From a virus: a DNA stretch of 64,000 nucleotides. Each line of letters starts with the position of its first letter. Position 1 is the first letter of the stretch. Below, piece by piece: positions 37,680 through 48,313 of this stretch. A program made the translations under genes and the position numbers. Where the stretch lies: positions 19,142 to 83,141 of the IMG/VR virus record IMGVR_UViG_3300048066_000291. The stretch is one strand, 5' to 3'. Below the pieces are notes generated by a model. It did no database searches and was not told where the DNA came from. It saw nothing but the letters and a program-made list of their open reading frames with translations.

Positions 37680-38678
37680 TTATACGCCAGCAACTGCAAT
37701 TTGGCGCCAAGCACCATTCAGATATACCACCATAGTTTGTGCAGCATTTAACATTGGATCCCAACTTGTACCATCTGCAACTGCAACCATTCCGTTTACT
37801 GGACTACTAGGTTCTGCTGCCAGCACTGCTAAATTTAGTGTGCTAGATAAAGCTGCACTGTTAAATGTTACATCGTTAGTTGTATTCAAATCTTGATCAA
37901 ATGAGGCGCCGCCGCCGTCTGTAATTCCGTAACCTGCTAGTGTAGTCGGCTTGCCTGTTAAACTTGCAAACGCTCCATCAAATAATGCTGTATCACCTGC
38001 TAGTGCTGTTGTTGCTGTTGTACCCAATGCCAATGCATCAGTAATACCATAACCTGCTATTGTAGTCGGAGTTACTGTCAAGTCTGCAAATGCTACACTT
38101 GTTAAAAACCCACTCAGGTCAACCGTGTTACCACTTGATATTGATAAGTCTGTACCAACTAATGATAGTTCTTGGCTATCTGTTTCACTAGTAATATATC
38201 CTGCATTTTCTAATGTAGTAACACGAGTTGCAAGTGCAGTATCGTCATAGTGTGCTAAATCTGTAATTTGTGATTCTGTAATACTAAGTGCTGCTTGATG
38301 CGTTGTAACATCTGACTCTGTAACTGTATAACTTGTTAGATACCCTGCTGTGCTATGATTACCCCAGCCAAATGCTGTGTTCCAATTTGCTTCATTAGTA
38401 CCATCTGCATATCCTGCTGTGCTATGATTGCCCCAACCAAATGCTGTGTCCCAGTTTGTGCTATCTTCAATATTTGCTTTTGGAATTGAACTGTTAACGC
38501 CGTCTACAAGTAAAGTACTATCGTCTCCAAATACACTACCTCTTAGGTCTTGTGGTACTATTGGGGATCCTGTATACAACTCTGTGAAGTTGTCGTTGAT
38601 TTTTTGAAAAGCTAAACGTAATGGATCTCCGTCGCCTTTGTTTGCACTTGTACCTGTATTAATTAGTTTTTGTGTCAT
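37680..38678 (-). CDS. Short tail-fibre-like protein (gp9/gp10-type N-terminus)
   Basis: INTG.SAN.GDGDPLR.AF.KINDNF.ELY; PTT(I/L)AGYGITD fibre repeats; start set at MTQKL. Confidence 0.75.
   Translation of the reverse strand: MTQKLINTGTSANKGDGDPLRLAFQKINDNFTELYTGSPIVPQDLRGSVFGDDSTLLVDGVNSSIPKANIEDSTNWDTAFGWGNHSTAGYADGTNEANWNTAFGWGNHSTAGYLTSYTVTESDVTTHQAALSITESQITDLAHYDDTALATRVTTLENAGYITSETDSQELSLVGTDLSISSGNTVDLSGFLTSVAFADLTVTPTTIAGYGITDALALGTTATTALAGDTALFDGAFASLTGKPTTLAGYGITDGGGASFDQDLNTTNDVTFNSAALSSTLNLAVLAAEPSSPVNGMVAVADGTSWDPMLNAAQTMVVYLNGAWRQIAVAGV
38340..38456 (-). repeat. Two 48-bp imperfect direct repeats (69-bp period) encoding NW(D/N)TAFGWGNHSTAGY
   Basis: 38340-38387 and 38409-38456. 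Confidence 0.85.
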
Positions 38679-38808
38679 TATTTCTTGCTCCAACTTCGAC
38701 TCTTAGTTTACCAGCAGTAGCGAGCACACGCCTAGGCTGCGGGGATCTAGTATCAACAGCTGCCTTTACTCCGCTTTTTACTAGTTTATTAGTTTGTGTT
38801 TTATCCAT
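38659..38808 (-). CDS. Small basic hypothetical protein (49 aa)
   Basis: Manual translation MDKTQTNKLVKSGVKAAVDTRSPQPRRV...; TAATG-coupled to the giant fibre gene. Confidence 0.55.
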   Translation of the reverse strand: MDKTQTNKLVKSGVKAAVDTRSPQPRRVLATAGKLRVEVGARNNDTKTN

Positions 38809-41800
38809 TAGTGTTTACCTACCACAACTTCAATAACGCCTTTGTCATTGTCTGTTTTATTTTCAAGTGCCTTACCAACAATTCTGCCCGGTGCTGCATT
38901 ATTGTTAACAATAGCAAACCCTGGAATTGCACTTGTTACAAGCATATCACCTTTAGCAACTTTACCAATTACTTTACAAGGAACTCTACCTTGCATTGCA
39001 ACTGGGCAAACAAATTCTGCTTCTTGGTGTGAGTTCATCAAGTATGCAGGATTAGTAGAAACAACACCTGCTACTCTATGATCGTTATGCGTGTCAGTCA
39101 TTGCAACTTCTTTGGACCCTCCAAATACAAGTACAGTACCTGGCTCATATCCTGCATCAGCTTCATAGTTTTCTGCCAAGTCAGCATAGTATGCTTCAGT
39201 AGCTGTACCACGGAAGTATGTTGCATACACATTTGAATATTTTAGTGTAGATGTACCAATATTGTAAGTATCATCTAAGTCTGGCTTTGCTCCACTTGAA
39301 TCAAAAATCATTGGAGCAACACTAGAACTTGTTCCACTGTTAGCAACAACTATACCAATCTGACCAGTTGTTGTTTTACCTGTGTTTGCACCAATTGCTA
39401 TTCCTGTACTTGCTGAACCTTTTTCACCTGGTGCTTCAATAAAGCTACTGTACATCCAATCAACACCAAGTACTTTTTCACCATTAAAGTTAGAAGTACT
39501 TTGTAAGGAACTTTCAGTAATATTAGTGCCGCCAATACCTACACTACCTTTTATTAGCATATCAGGATATGTTGCAGTTGGTGTTCCTGCGCCTGAACCG
39601 CCTACTGCTGTAAAAATTAAACCCTGTGATGGTGTTTTAACATTTAGTGTTAGTGTGTCTAAACTTAATACTTCATAACTTGCATCACCGCCTAGTATTA
39701 ACGAGTTGGCTTGCAAACTACCACTTGCATCAGTTTTAGCAATACTATTAACCTCACCAGTTGAAGTTACGTTAGAAACACTGTATGCTCCTGCACCAGT
39801 TTTAATTAGTGCTTGACCAGGATCAGCAACTGCTGTTAGTTCAGCACCAAAGTCTGCGTCTACAAGTCCAGTACCTTCAACAACTACAGTATTAAATGAA
39901 ATTGCACTAACTGCACCTGTACCAGCATCATCTCGTCCTATTACACTGTCAGTATCAATTTGTTCAATGTCAGCTAGAGCAACTGCACCACCTTTGAGTG
40001 TTACCCAACCATCTGTAACTTCAAATTTAGCATCATCAAATGCTGCACTACCTAAGTCTGCTTGGGCAATACCTGTTGCATTGACTCTTGTGCTTGCAGG
40101 ATTTAAATTTAATTTACTTTGTGCAATTTGTGCTGTGCCAGATACATCACTGTTAACAATACTTCCCGGAGTAATTTGTAAGTTGAATACTGTTTTACGA
40201 TGAGTTGCAAAACCGTCATCTGATTGTCTAGATACAGACGCAGTAATATCACTTGCTGCATTCCAAACACCGTTAGCCCATTCATCTACTGGACCATCAA
40301 TAATTTGACCTTGCTTGCCACCGAGTGCTGTAATAACATCAGCTGCAGGCCCGCTTGCAGGTTTCCCATCACTAAATACTCCACTAGTTGGTGTATATAT
40401 GATTTCAACAATGTCACCTTCAATACCTACAATACCGTCTTTGTAATCTACAATAGAACCAGTTGCTCCTGATATTGATCCTGTAATTATATCTCCAATA
40501 GCAAAGCCGCCGCCTACAATAGACCCAGCACTTATGATAATTTTCTTATATCCTGTTGTAACTAAAACTTGTGCTTCTGCAATATCGTTGTGTTCGTTAT
40601 CTCTTAAATCAGGAAGCGTGTCTGTATTACCGCCTACTGAATCAACGTATGCTTTTGTTGCTGCATCTGAAGCACTAGTTGGTAATGCTAAGTTAGTAAT
40701 TGTGTTGTTTGCTGCGTTCAAATCGTCTGTCATTGGAACAGCACCGTTAGGAGCAAGTACACCTGGCCCTAATTTATTAGCTACAGGAGCACCTGTTACA
40801 TCGTAACCTAAGCGTCTGTTTACATAACCACGTATTGCACTTTCTGTTGGTACAGTATCTGATGCATTATCAGTCATTGCTGTGTCTGTACTAAATTCAG
40901 TAATAACAACACCACGTTTAAAGCCTAGTCCATCAACATCACTAAGTGCAAGTGATGCACTAAATGTAACTGTACCAGTACCTTGGTCTACACTAAAGAA
41001 TCTACCAACTCTAAAGATACCGTTTTGGTCTGTACTTACATAGAACACACGACCTTTGCCTTTTTCAACAACTTCGTTAGCTTCTTTCTTTTCAGCTGGT
41101 TCACCAAAAATAACATTTGGATAGTTACTTGCATTAAATCCGCCTGTACCAATATCAAGGAAGTCATGTCCTGTTGCACGACAAGTTGAAATATTAACTG
41201 TAACTTGTCCAGTTGCACCATTTTTCAAACCACCTCTAAGTGTAACAAGTTCAGAGCCTAATACAACTGTACTATTAATCCCTGGTGCATTAGTTGGGTT
41301 AATTGTTTCATAATCAACTAAGTCAACAATAGCATAATCATTTGATTCATTGGGCTCAACAACTGCATTGCCTTCAACGCCTCTGTAGTTAAACACATAA
41401 TGCTTTTTACCATCCCACGTAAGGATTGGAGCTTCAGTTGTTAAACTGTCAACAGTCCAACCTGCAGGTCTATTTGCTGTAGCTGTTCTTTGGTTATTGT
41501 TAAGTCTAAAGATTTCATTTGCATCACAAGGTTTAACAGCAATTGTAGTATCGCCTGCTGTGTTACCTTTTGTAGTACCACCAGTTAGTGCTACGCCGCC
41601 GCTAGTAGTTACTCCAATAGCTTCTTGTGCTTTAGCACTATCAATTGTTAATCTTATAAAGTCAAAAGTGCTATCAAGACCTGCTTGTGAAGTGTTAGCA
41701 GGTAAATCTTCACCAATACTATCACTTGTTAAGAAACTAATACTTCTGTAAACAAAGTTTGGATTCTCATCAAATGTTAATGCTGTACTTGGACGAATTG

Positions 41801-44800
41801 TTAACACGTCTGGGCGAGCCAAGTCACTAATAATATGTGTTTGGTTTCTATAATAAATTACATTTGTGTTAAACGGTACAATTTCTAATAGTCCGTTTGC
41901 ACTAAATTGTGCATCCGATGTACTAAAGTTTAACTTGTATACTTGTCCGCTGTTTGCTGGCGTACTATCTTCAACTGCTATTGTACCAGTTACACTAAAC
42001 GTTTCAATTACGCCTGTAACTGCTGTTACTGAGTCTACTGCAACTGTTGCATCGTTTGCAGGAGTAGCACCACCTAGTTCAGTACCAGGTACTACAAAAG
42101 TATCACCTACTTCATAATTTGAAGTTGCTGCTAGTTGTGCTGCTGTTGCTGATACTTGATATCCGCCATTAACTGTTTTTGTAAGAGTAAAGTCAAATCC
42201 AGTAGCAGCAGGATCACTTACTGTTTGAATTGCATCGCCGTCAATGTCTGGATACTGTGCAACTACGTGTTGTACAACTTCAACGTTAGCAACTTCGTAA
42301 CGTGCAAACGCAGGGCGAGCAGGATGATAAATGTTAACTTCTGATCTATTTGAAGGTACATCTTTTGAATCATAAACGTATACTGCTAGTTTTTCAACTG
42401 AGTTATCGTAGCCGTTTGAGTCAACTGATAGTGGAACACTATTTGCGCCTAACGCACCACTTACGCTTCCTGTAATTTGGTTTGTTGTATCAAATGCTGC
42501 TGTAATATCTGTTATATATACAACTTTATTTTGCGTAGTTACAGCAACTTTACCAGTTGCACCGCTTGCAGCCTGCGTTAGTGTTTCACCTTCTTGTACA
42601 GATACATTTCCTGTTGTAAACAAAATTGCATCAACATCAAACGCTCGCATCGGTTGCGTCATATCTTCATACAATGAAATTGCATCTGGAATCTCGTTTG
42701 GATCAGCACCTTCAGCAACTAGACCAAACTCACCATAACAACTTGATCCTGTTAGTGATCTAATCTCAGCACCATTCTTTGAATAGTAACTAGCATGACA
42801 GTAGTATGTAAACATACTAACCATCTCTGATAGCGCACCATTACTTGCAACCAAGCCGTAACCTAAATCGTTAACTTGTGTAAAGTCGTTACCTAGTATA
42901 CTTCTATTACCAGCTGTTTGTAATGTAATAGGCAATGGCGCCGGAACACTTTGTACTGTTGCATTAACAATTAACTTTCTGTTGTTATTAATATCATCAT
43001 GTGCGTCTCTTAGTTCTGCACTTACGCCTAATGTATCTACTGCTGGGAAAATTGTATCAGGAACAGCATTAAGGTTTGCATTTTCAGCAGTTAATTTAAT
43101 AATGTTAATCAAACTATTTGTAATAGCAGTTTCAGTTGCTGTTGCTGCGCTTCCAGAAGCGTCTTGAACTTCAGTGTTGCCTGTGGTAGGGGTTACTGTT
43201 GGTGTTGCAGTTACATCTGTAAGAACTGTTGCAACCACTGATGCTAAATGCACATATGCCGCTGCTGTTGCTGCTCGTTGTGCTACTGGAAGTTGTGCTA
43301 CAGCACCATCTAAGTATGCACGAGCATTAGTTACTGTACCACTGTTACCACCATAAAGTATATCGTATGTTAGTGCATCAACAATGTATCTTACATCTCT
43401 AGCACACTTTGCACTGTCATATCCTGCCGGCGGCGTGTTAGCATTTACAAATGCAACAACTTCTGCACCTAAGAACGTTTTGTTATTTTGTAATCTTGTT
43501 GCAGCATCGTCAGCATTTGTAGTTGGAAGTACAGCCGGAGCAGGGAATGTTAATGCATCTGCAACTCCGTCACCTGGCTCACTTACACTGACTGTGCCAT
43601 TTTGTATAATATCAACAACTTCGTCAAATCCTGCTGTAACTCTAGTTTCAGCTGTAACACTATCATCAACTTGTGCTAGTGCAAGTACTTGTCCTTTTGC
43701 AAATGCAATTGCATTTGTTGTTTGGCTTTGTTGATTGCTTTGTACGTAATCACCTGTTGCTCTTTGATAAGCAAGACCGTTATATACACTATTATAGTTT
43801 GTACCTAACGCTACATCTTTTGCAATACCATCTAAAATATATCCGGTGTCTCTAGCACACTTTACAGTATCAAATTCAAACGTTCCTACTGAGTCTAAGT
43901 CAATGCCTGTTGCTAATGCACTTGTTACACCTGTGAAACCAACACCGCCGTTTGAGTTAGGATCTAATATTAGTTCTGCTGTACCATTTGCTTTATCGTA
44001 ATTAGTAACAGCGTTAACTTGGAAACGTCTACCATCTACATAAAATGCACTTGGTGTTTCAGGACGTCTTACAAATAACCCCTGTGGTTCTGCTTGTGAT
44101 CCTAAACTTTGGATTGCTAATCTAAATGCACTTCCGTCAACTTTTTCTACGACTCGTACTGCTGAGTTACCAACAAACGCATCAACAAACAATCCGCCTC
44201 TAAATGCTTGTTTGTTTGCAGATGCTGAGAAACTTGAACCTGTTTGTACATATGGAGATTTAGTAAGTACTTGTCCTTCTGGATCAAGTACAAGCATAAA
44301 GCCACCGTGTCCTTGTACTGTCATGTTACGCAAAATTGTAGCATCGTTCATTAAGAACGCATCCATCTCTGTATTTCTTAATGGCGGATTGTAATCGTTA
44401 TTGAATGCAAACTTAACTGTGTTAATTAAGTTTTGTAATACAGTATCCGGTCCATCAATTATTCTCCAGTTTGCTGAAATTTCAGCTGCGTCAAAGTTTG
44501 AGCTAGATGTATGTTCTTTAACAGGAGTGTAGTATGTTGTTACATTCAATCCAGTTGTAAATTTAATAACATTACCTAGTCGATATAGCGTTCCAGCTGA
44601 CCACTGTGCTGGTTCGCCTGAACCATTATATAAGTCTGCTGCATATTCTCTATCAGATACACCGCCTCCTGCTTCGTTGTAAAGTGTATCCGGATTTTGT
44701 CCTTGAATTAGCTTGCTTGCTATAGTATAGATATGTTGTATACCTGCAACCGTTTCATCTTCTGTTCCTACTTCAACAGCACCTGCATAGTATTCGCCTT

Positions 44801-47588
44801 GTGCTTCGAGTGAAAATTCATTACCACCATTGCGGAAATCTTTAACAAGTGCATCAACAATTAATCCTGCGTCTCTAAAACATTTTGTTCTTGAATATTG
44901 TGCTGTACCTACTAGTGCAGGATATGTAGTTTCAATATAATTTACAACTTGTTCTTGAATAAATTCTCTGTTGTCAACAAGTGTTAATGCATTAGTATTC
45001 CAGTTACCTACGTTTTCATAACCTTGTCCTGTATTTTTAAGTTTAGCTGGCTGTAGTAAATAGTGATTACCAAAGTAACCGTCTACACCGCCAGTAAGAG
45101 GATTTACGTAAGGAATGCCATTTGGCACACTTGCAACTACAAATGAAATACTGCTTGCGCCGCCTGCTCCTAGTGCATCGTCTAATACAGTAATACGTTC
45201 ATTTTTCTGAAATTGATCGCCAGCATTTGTAATAGTAATACTATCAACAGCGCCGTCACTACCAATAACAATACTAAATTCAGCATCTTTACCTAGCTTG
45301 TCACTAGTCCATGTGCTTACTGCATATGTGCCTGGTGTTCTAGATGCATCTGTCTGTGGATCAAACTCTACAGTTTCAATGCTAGTTTTACCTAGTACAA
45401 GTCCGTCAAACTCTGCATCTCTATAAAAGAATGTACTTGCCCAGCGTGACTGCGATACACGATTTTTTGGACGCACAATTACTCGTCTAAATTCGTCACC
45501 CTTAACACTTACGTTTTTAGGTACACGTATCGGATAGTCTTCTAAGTAGATACCTGATTCAACTCTAATTGAAATTTGTGTTTCTACTTGATAGTTTCCG
45601 TATTCTAATTCTTCGCCAATTTCAAATTCAATTGGTTCTAAAAGCTGTAGTTCAATTTCATCTGTTTCTACTGTACTAACTGCTCTTGGTCCAGCTTCGT
45701 ATCTATAATCAATAATTCTAGCTTTAGCACCTGAACTTTTACCACGTACAACTTTACCTGGAATAATATCTGTATTTTCAGGATTAGCTTGATCAATAAA
45801 TCCTAAGTTGCCATTACCTGCATTAATTTTATAAGTTGTTGATCCGTCAACAACTTGTGGCGCTTGGAACACTCCGTTATTAATGATGCCTGTGATAATA
45901 TCCATTTTTGCACCAATAGTTTCATCTGCTGCTGAGTCTGGAATTATAGTAGCGTCAATAAATTGTGGAACACGAGATTGATATAATGTTGGTGGCGCTG
46001 TATTTGTTAAAATATATTGCGTTACGAGAGTTTTGGCATATTCAAGTCCTGCTAATGTTTCTACACGTTGTACGCCAATTGCTTTTTGCGCACTAACATT
46101 TGAATAATAACGTATACCTGCCCAACGTGATAGATAGTTTGCGTTGTTTCCTAACAATGCATCTAAGCTAACACTATCTAAAATATATTCTACATCACGT
46201 TGACAAATTTCTAAATCATATGTTCCTGCAAAATCAGGAAACGTTGTGTCTACATATGCTGTTACTTCTTTTGCAACAAATTCTTTGTTTGCAACAATAA
46301 GTTCTCTAGCAGCTTGTCTGCCTGCAATTTGTGAATTAATACCTGCTGTTACAATTTTTGATGTGCCGGAACCACTGCCGAATGTCATTGTTTGTTGATA
46401 AGGACCTGGCTCAGGAACTGCTGCAATAATTAATTCTTCTGCTTTCTGAGCTGCTGCATTAATTGTTCTAAATGCATATCCCGGCGAACGACCTTCTTTA
46501 CCGTCTGGTGTAAATTCTTGTTGATCACTACCTGTTGTACTAACGTATAAATTAACTTCACTTACTGCGGCAACATTATCTACATAAAGTTTTGTAGCTG
46601 CCTGTAAATCATCTGGTCCGTTTGGTGTACCTTTACCTGCTACTTCACCTGGATGATCGAATAAATTAAGTGCGCCTTCCATTGTATCACCTTGTCGGCG
46701 TACAACTGACTTACGTGGTAATGATTCGTTACTTAACCAGTTACCCTCTAATGAAGGATCGTATGCTGTATCAGTAATACTAAACGTACCAGTACCGCCA
46801 CTTAATAATATTCTTCCTGTGCTGTTAATAGCATCGTCTTCAGTAGGATACAAACTAATAGTGTCTGAATTTACAACTCTAATAAAATAATCAGATCCGG
46901 TTACTACACCAAATGGATCAGTACCAGTTGAATTAAATGTAAATTTAGCACCTGTAAATGCTTCAGTTAATCCGTGACTAGCAATAGTTAAGTTACCTTG
47001 CAGAATACCTGACGATGTTAATGTGTACTGACTAACTGTTGTTGGTTCGTCACCTACACGTATACCGCCACCTGCTACGCTTTTAGCTTGATAACTTCTG
47101 TCTGCATATGCCTTATTAATTACAAGTGCGCCAATGTCAAGGTCTGTACCGTGAACGTTATTAAAAAGTTCAATTGCAGCTTGGTCTACTGGTATATTAG
47201 CAATTGGTTGTGAAGCAGCATTTAATGGAGCAAATAATGTTGGTAATGGATCATTAACTACTTTTGATACTAGTTGTTTAATAATTACTTTACCGTCAAC
47301 TGAAAAATCAAAACCAATTGTGTCAGCGGAACCGTCGAGTGCGTTATCTGAAGCAAGTTGTATAAATTCAGTGCCACTGCCGTCTGACTTAACTAACGGA
47401 ACTTTATTTTCATTACCTTCATATGTGTTAGGAGTATCATTAAGATCAGTAAATGAAATTTGACCTCCAATACCAAATACAGCATATAGTTCTTGAAAGT
47501 TTTCATTTACTTTACGGAACGACTCTCTAATACTATCGCCGGTGCCGTCATTACCTTCAATACCGATATCTACATCTTGTCTTGCCAT
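38808..47588 (-). CDS. Giant (2926 aa) virion fibre/spike protein
   Basis: gp9/10-type N-terminus (NDGTGDSIRESFRKVNENF); AATK.YVD fibre motifs; beta-helix-like entry YVS..G.D...G; C-terminal YADLAE...GRVPCKV autocleaving-chaperone (Peptidase_G2-like) domain. Confidence 0.85.
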   Translation of the reverse strand: MARQDVDIGIEGNDGTGDSIRESFRKVNENFQELYAVFGIGGQISFTDLNDTPNTYEGNENKVPLVKSDGSGTEFIQLASDNALDGSADTIGFDFSVDGKVIIKQLVSKVVNDPLPTLFAPLNAASQPIANIPVDQAAIELFNNVHGTDLDIGALVINKAYADRSYQAKSVAGGGIRVGDEPTTVSQYTLTSSGILQGNLTIASHGLTEAFTGAKFTFNSTGTDPFGVVTGSDYFIRVVNSDTISLYPTEDDAINSTGRILLSGGTGTFSITDTAYDPSLEGNWLSNESLPRKSVVRRQGDTMEGALNLFDHPGEVAGKGTPNGPDDLQAATKLYVDNVAAVSEVNLYVSTTGSDQQEFTPDGKEGRSPGYAFRTINAAAQKAEELIIAAVPEPGPYQQTMTFGSGSGTSKIVTAGINSQIAGRQAARELIVANKEFVAKEVTAYVDTTFPDFAGTYDLEICQRDVEYILDSVSLDALLGNNANYLSRWAGIRYYSNVSAQKAIGVQRVETLAGLEYAKTLVTQYILTNTAPPTLYQSRVPQFIDATIIPDSAADETIGAKMDIITGIINNGVFQAPQVVDGSTTYKINAGNGNLGFIDQANPENTDIIPGKVVRGKSSGAKARIIDYRYEAGPRAVSTVETDEIELQLLEPIEFEIGEELEYGNYQVETQISIRVESGIYLEDYPIRVPKNVSVKGDEFRRVIVRPKNRVSQSRWASTFFYRDAEFDGLVLGKTSIETVEFDPQTDASRTPGTYAVSTWTSDKLGKDAEFSIVIGSDGAVDSITITNAGDQFQKNERITVLDDALGAGGASSISFVVASVPNGIPYVNPLTGGVDGYFGNHYLLQPAKLKNTGQGYENVGNWNTNALTLVDNREFIQEQVVNYIETTYPALVGTAQYSRTKCFRDAGLIVDALVKDFRNGGNEFSLEAQGEYYAGAVEVGTEDETVAGIQHIYTIASKLIQGQNPDTLYNEAGGGVSDREYAADLYNGSGEPAQWSAGTLYRLGNVIKFTTGLNVTTYYTPVKEHTSSSNFDAAEISANWRIIDGPDTVLQNLINTVKFAFNNDYNPPLRNTEMDAFLMNDATILRNMTVQGHGGFMLVLDPEGQVLTKSPYVQTGSSFSASANKQAFRGGLFVDAFVGNSAVRVVEKVDGSAFRLAIQSLGSQAEPQGLFVRRPETPSAFYVDGRRFQVNAVTNYDKANGTAELILDPNSNGGVGFTGVTSALATGIDLDSVGTFEFDTVKCARDTGYILDGIAKDVALGTNYNSVYNGLAYQRATGDYVQSNQQSQTTNAIAFAKGQVLALAQVDDSVTAETRVTAGFDEVVDIIQNGTVSVSEPGDGVADALTFPAPAVLPTTNADDAATRLQNNKTFLGAEVVAFVNANTPPAGYDSAKCARDVRYIVDALTYDILYGGNSGTVTNARAYLDGAVAQLPVAQRAATAAAYVHLASVVATVLTDVTATPTVTPTTGNTEVQDASGSAATATETAITNSLINIIKLTAENANLNAVPDTIFPAVDTLGVSAELRDAHDDINNNRKLIVNATVQSVPAPLPITLQTAGNRSILGNDFTQVNDLGYGLVASNGALSEMVSMFTYYCHASYYSKNGAEIRSLTGSSCYGEFGLVAEGADPNEIPDAISLYEDMTQPMRAFDVDAILFTTGNVSVQEGETLTQAASGATGKVAVTTQNKVVYITDITAAFDTTNQITGSVSGALGANSVPLSVDSNGYDNSVEKLAVYVYDSKDVPSNRSEVNIYHPARPAFARYEVANVEVVQHVVAQYPDIDGDAIQTVSDPAATGFDFTLTKTVNGGYQVSATAAQLAATSNYEVGDTFVVPGTELGGATPANDATVAVDSVTAVTGVIETFSVTGTIAVEDSTPANSGQVYKLNFSTSDAQFSANGLLEIVPFNTNVIYYRNQTHIISDLARPDVLTIRPSTALTFDENPNFVYRSISFLTSDSIGEDLPANTSQAGLDSTFDFIRLTIDSAKAQEAIGVTTSGGVALTGGTTKGNTAGDTTIAVKPCDANEIFRLNNNQRTATANRPAGWTVDSLTTEAPILTWDGKKHYVFNYRGVEGNAVVEPNESNDYAIVDLVDYETINPTNAPGINSTVVLGSELVTLRGGLKNGATGQVTVNISTCRATGHDFLDIGTGGFNASNYPNVIFGEPAEKKEANEVVEKGKGRVFYVSTDQNGIFRVGRFFSVDQGTGTVTFSASLALSDVDGLGFKRGVVITEFSTDTAMTDNASDTVPTESAIRGYVNRRLGYDVTGAPVANKLGPGVLAPNGAVPMTDDLNAANNTITNLALPTSASDAATKAYVDSVGGNTDTLPDLRDNEHNDIAEAQVLVTTGYKKIIISAGSIVGGGFAIGDIITGSISGATGSIVDYKDGIVGIEGDIVEIIYTPTSGVFSDGKPASGPAADVITALGGKQGQIIDGPVDEWANGVWNAASDITASVSRQSDDGFATHRKTVFNLQITPGSIVNSDVSGTAQIAQSKLNLNPASTRVNATGIAQADLGSAAFDDAKFEVTDGWVTLKGGAVALADIEQIDTDSVIGRDDAGTGAVSAISFNTVVVEGTGLVDADFGAELTAVADPGQALIKTGAGAYSVSNVTSTGEVNSIAKTDASGSLQANSLILGGDASYEVLSLDTLTLNVKTPSQGLIFTAVGGSGAGTPTATYPDMLIKGSVGIGGTNITESSLQSTSNFNGEKVLGVDWMYSSFIEAPGEKGSASTGIAIGANTGKTTTGQIGIVVANSGTSSSVAPMIFDSSGAKPDLDDTYNIGTSTLKYSNVYATYFRGTATEAYYADLAENYEADAGYEPGTVLVFGGSKEVAMTDTHNDHRVAGVVSTNPAYLMNSHQEAEFVCPVAMQGRVPCKVIGKVAKGDMLVTSAIPGFAIVNNNAAPGRIVGKALENKTDNDKGVIEVVVGKH

Positions 47589-47589
47589 T

Positions 47590-47964
47590 TTATTTTAGCT
47601 CCAATATTTGTGTTTCATCAAACATCTTGTCAAAGTTTATACTAACGCCACAACCACATGCTGATTGTGCGTTAGGGTTATTAACTTCAAACATAGATCC
47701 AATTATGTCTTTTTTATAATTAATTTCTGTACCAACTAAAAACATAGTGCTATGCACACCGATTACAAAGGTACAGTTGTTGTCTGTTTTTAGGACTTCG
47801 TCGCCCTCATTAAGTTCATCTGGGCTGTTCAGTGTACCCCATTCATACTCAAAGCCTGCACAACCGCCGCCTTTTACATTTAAAGTGATTGCATAGCACC
47901 CGTGTTCGTTACATAAAGTGTCTATTTGTTGTTTTGCTGAGTCTGTTAGTGTACATATTGCCAT
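47590..47964 (-). CDS. iscA: A-type Fe-S cluster carrier (IscA/HesB family)
   Basis: VKGGGCAGFEY and NPNA..ACGCG.S; start set at MAICTLT. Confidence 0.92.
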   Translation of the reverse strand: MAICTLTDSAKQQIDTLCNEHGCYAITLNVKGGGCAGFEYEWGTLNSPDELNEGDEVLKTDNNCTFVIGVHSTMFLVGTEINYKKDIIGSMFEVNNPNAQSACGCGVSINFDKMFDETQILELK

Positions 47965-47984
47965 AGATTTCCCTTTCACATCAA

Positions 47985-47992
47985 TATTTATC
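47985..47992 (-). promoter_or_regulatory. T4-like late promoter GATAAATA
   Basis: CGATAAATA upstream of iscA and the fibre operon. Confidence 0.7.
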
Positions 47993-48012
47993 GTATTGTT
48001 TTATAATCTTAA

Positions 48013-48020
48013 TGTAAATA
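48013..48020 (+). promoter_or_regulatory. Late promoter variant TGTAAATA (predicted leaderless)
   Basis: TGTAAATA-tagtt-ATG. Confidence 0.5.
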
Positions 48021-48025
48021 TAGTT

Positions 48026-48313
48026 ATGTTCATAAGAGAATTTAAAAAGCAAAGCCGGCACGTTCGCAAAAGTAAAACAGGCAAGGAACACACCTATACA
48101 CGCGAATATACTGTATGTGTGTTTAGATGTGACAACTGTGATGCAGAGTTTGAACGTGTAAGGGGCAGCATGGATCCTAAGCGTCTAAGCAACAACTATT
48201 TTCATGTGTGTAGCAACTGTGATGCTAAAGTATTTGCTCAAAAGAAAGGCGTAGAAAAGAAACAAGTTTGGAATATGAGTGCTTCTAGTTCTACGCCTAT
48301 TGGTAAACTATAA
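48026..48313 (+). CDS. Small basic zinc-finger protein
   Basis: CDNC...CSNC; start moved to MFIREF; stop abuts the stop of the convergent gene. Confidence 0.75.
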   Translation: MFIREFKKQSRHVRKSKTGKEHTYTREYTVCVFRCDNCDAEFERVRGSMDPKRLSNNYFHVCSNCDAKVFAQKKGVEKKQVWNMSASSSTPIGKL

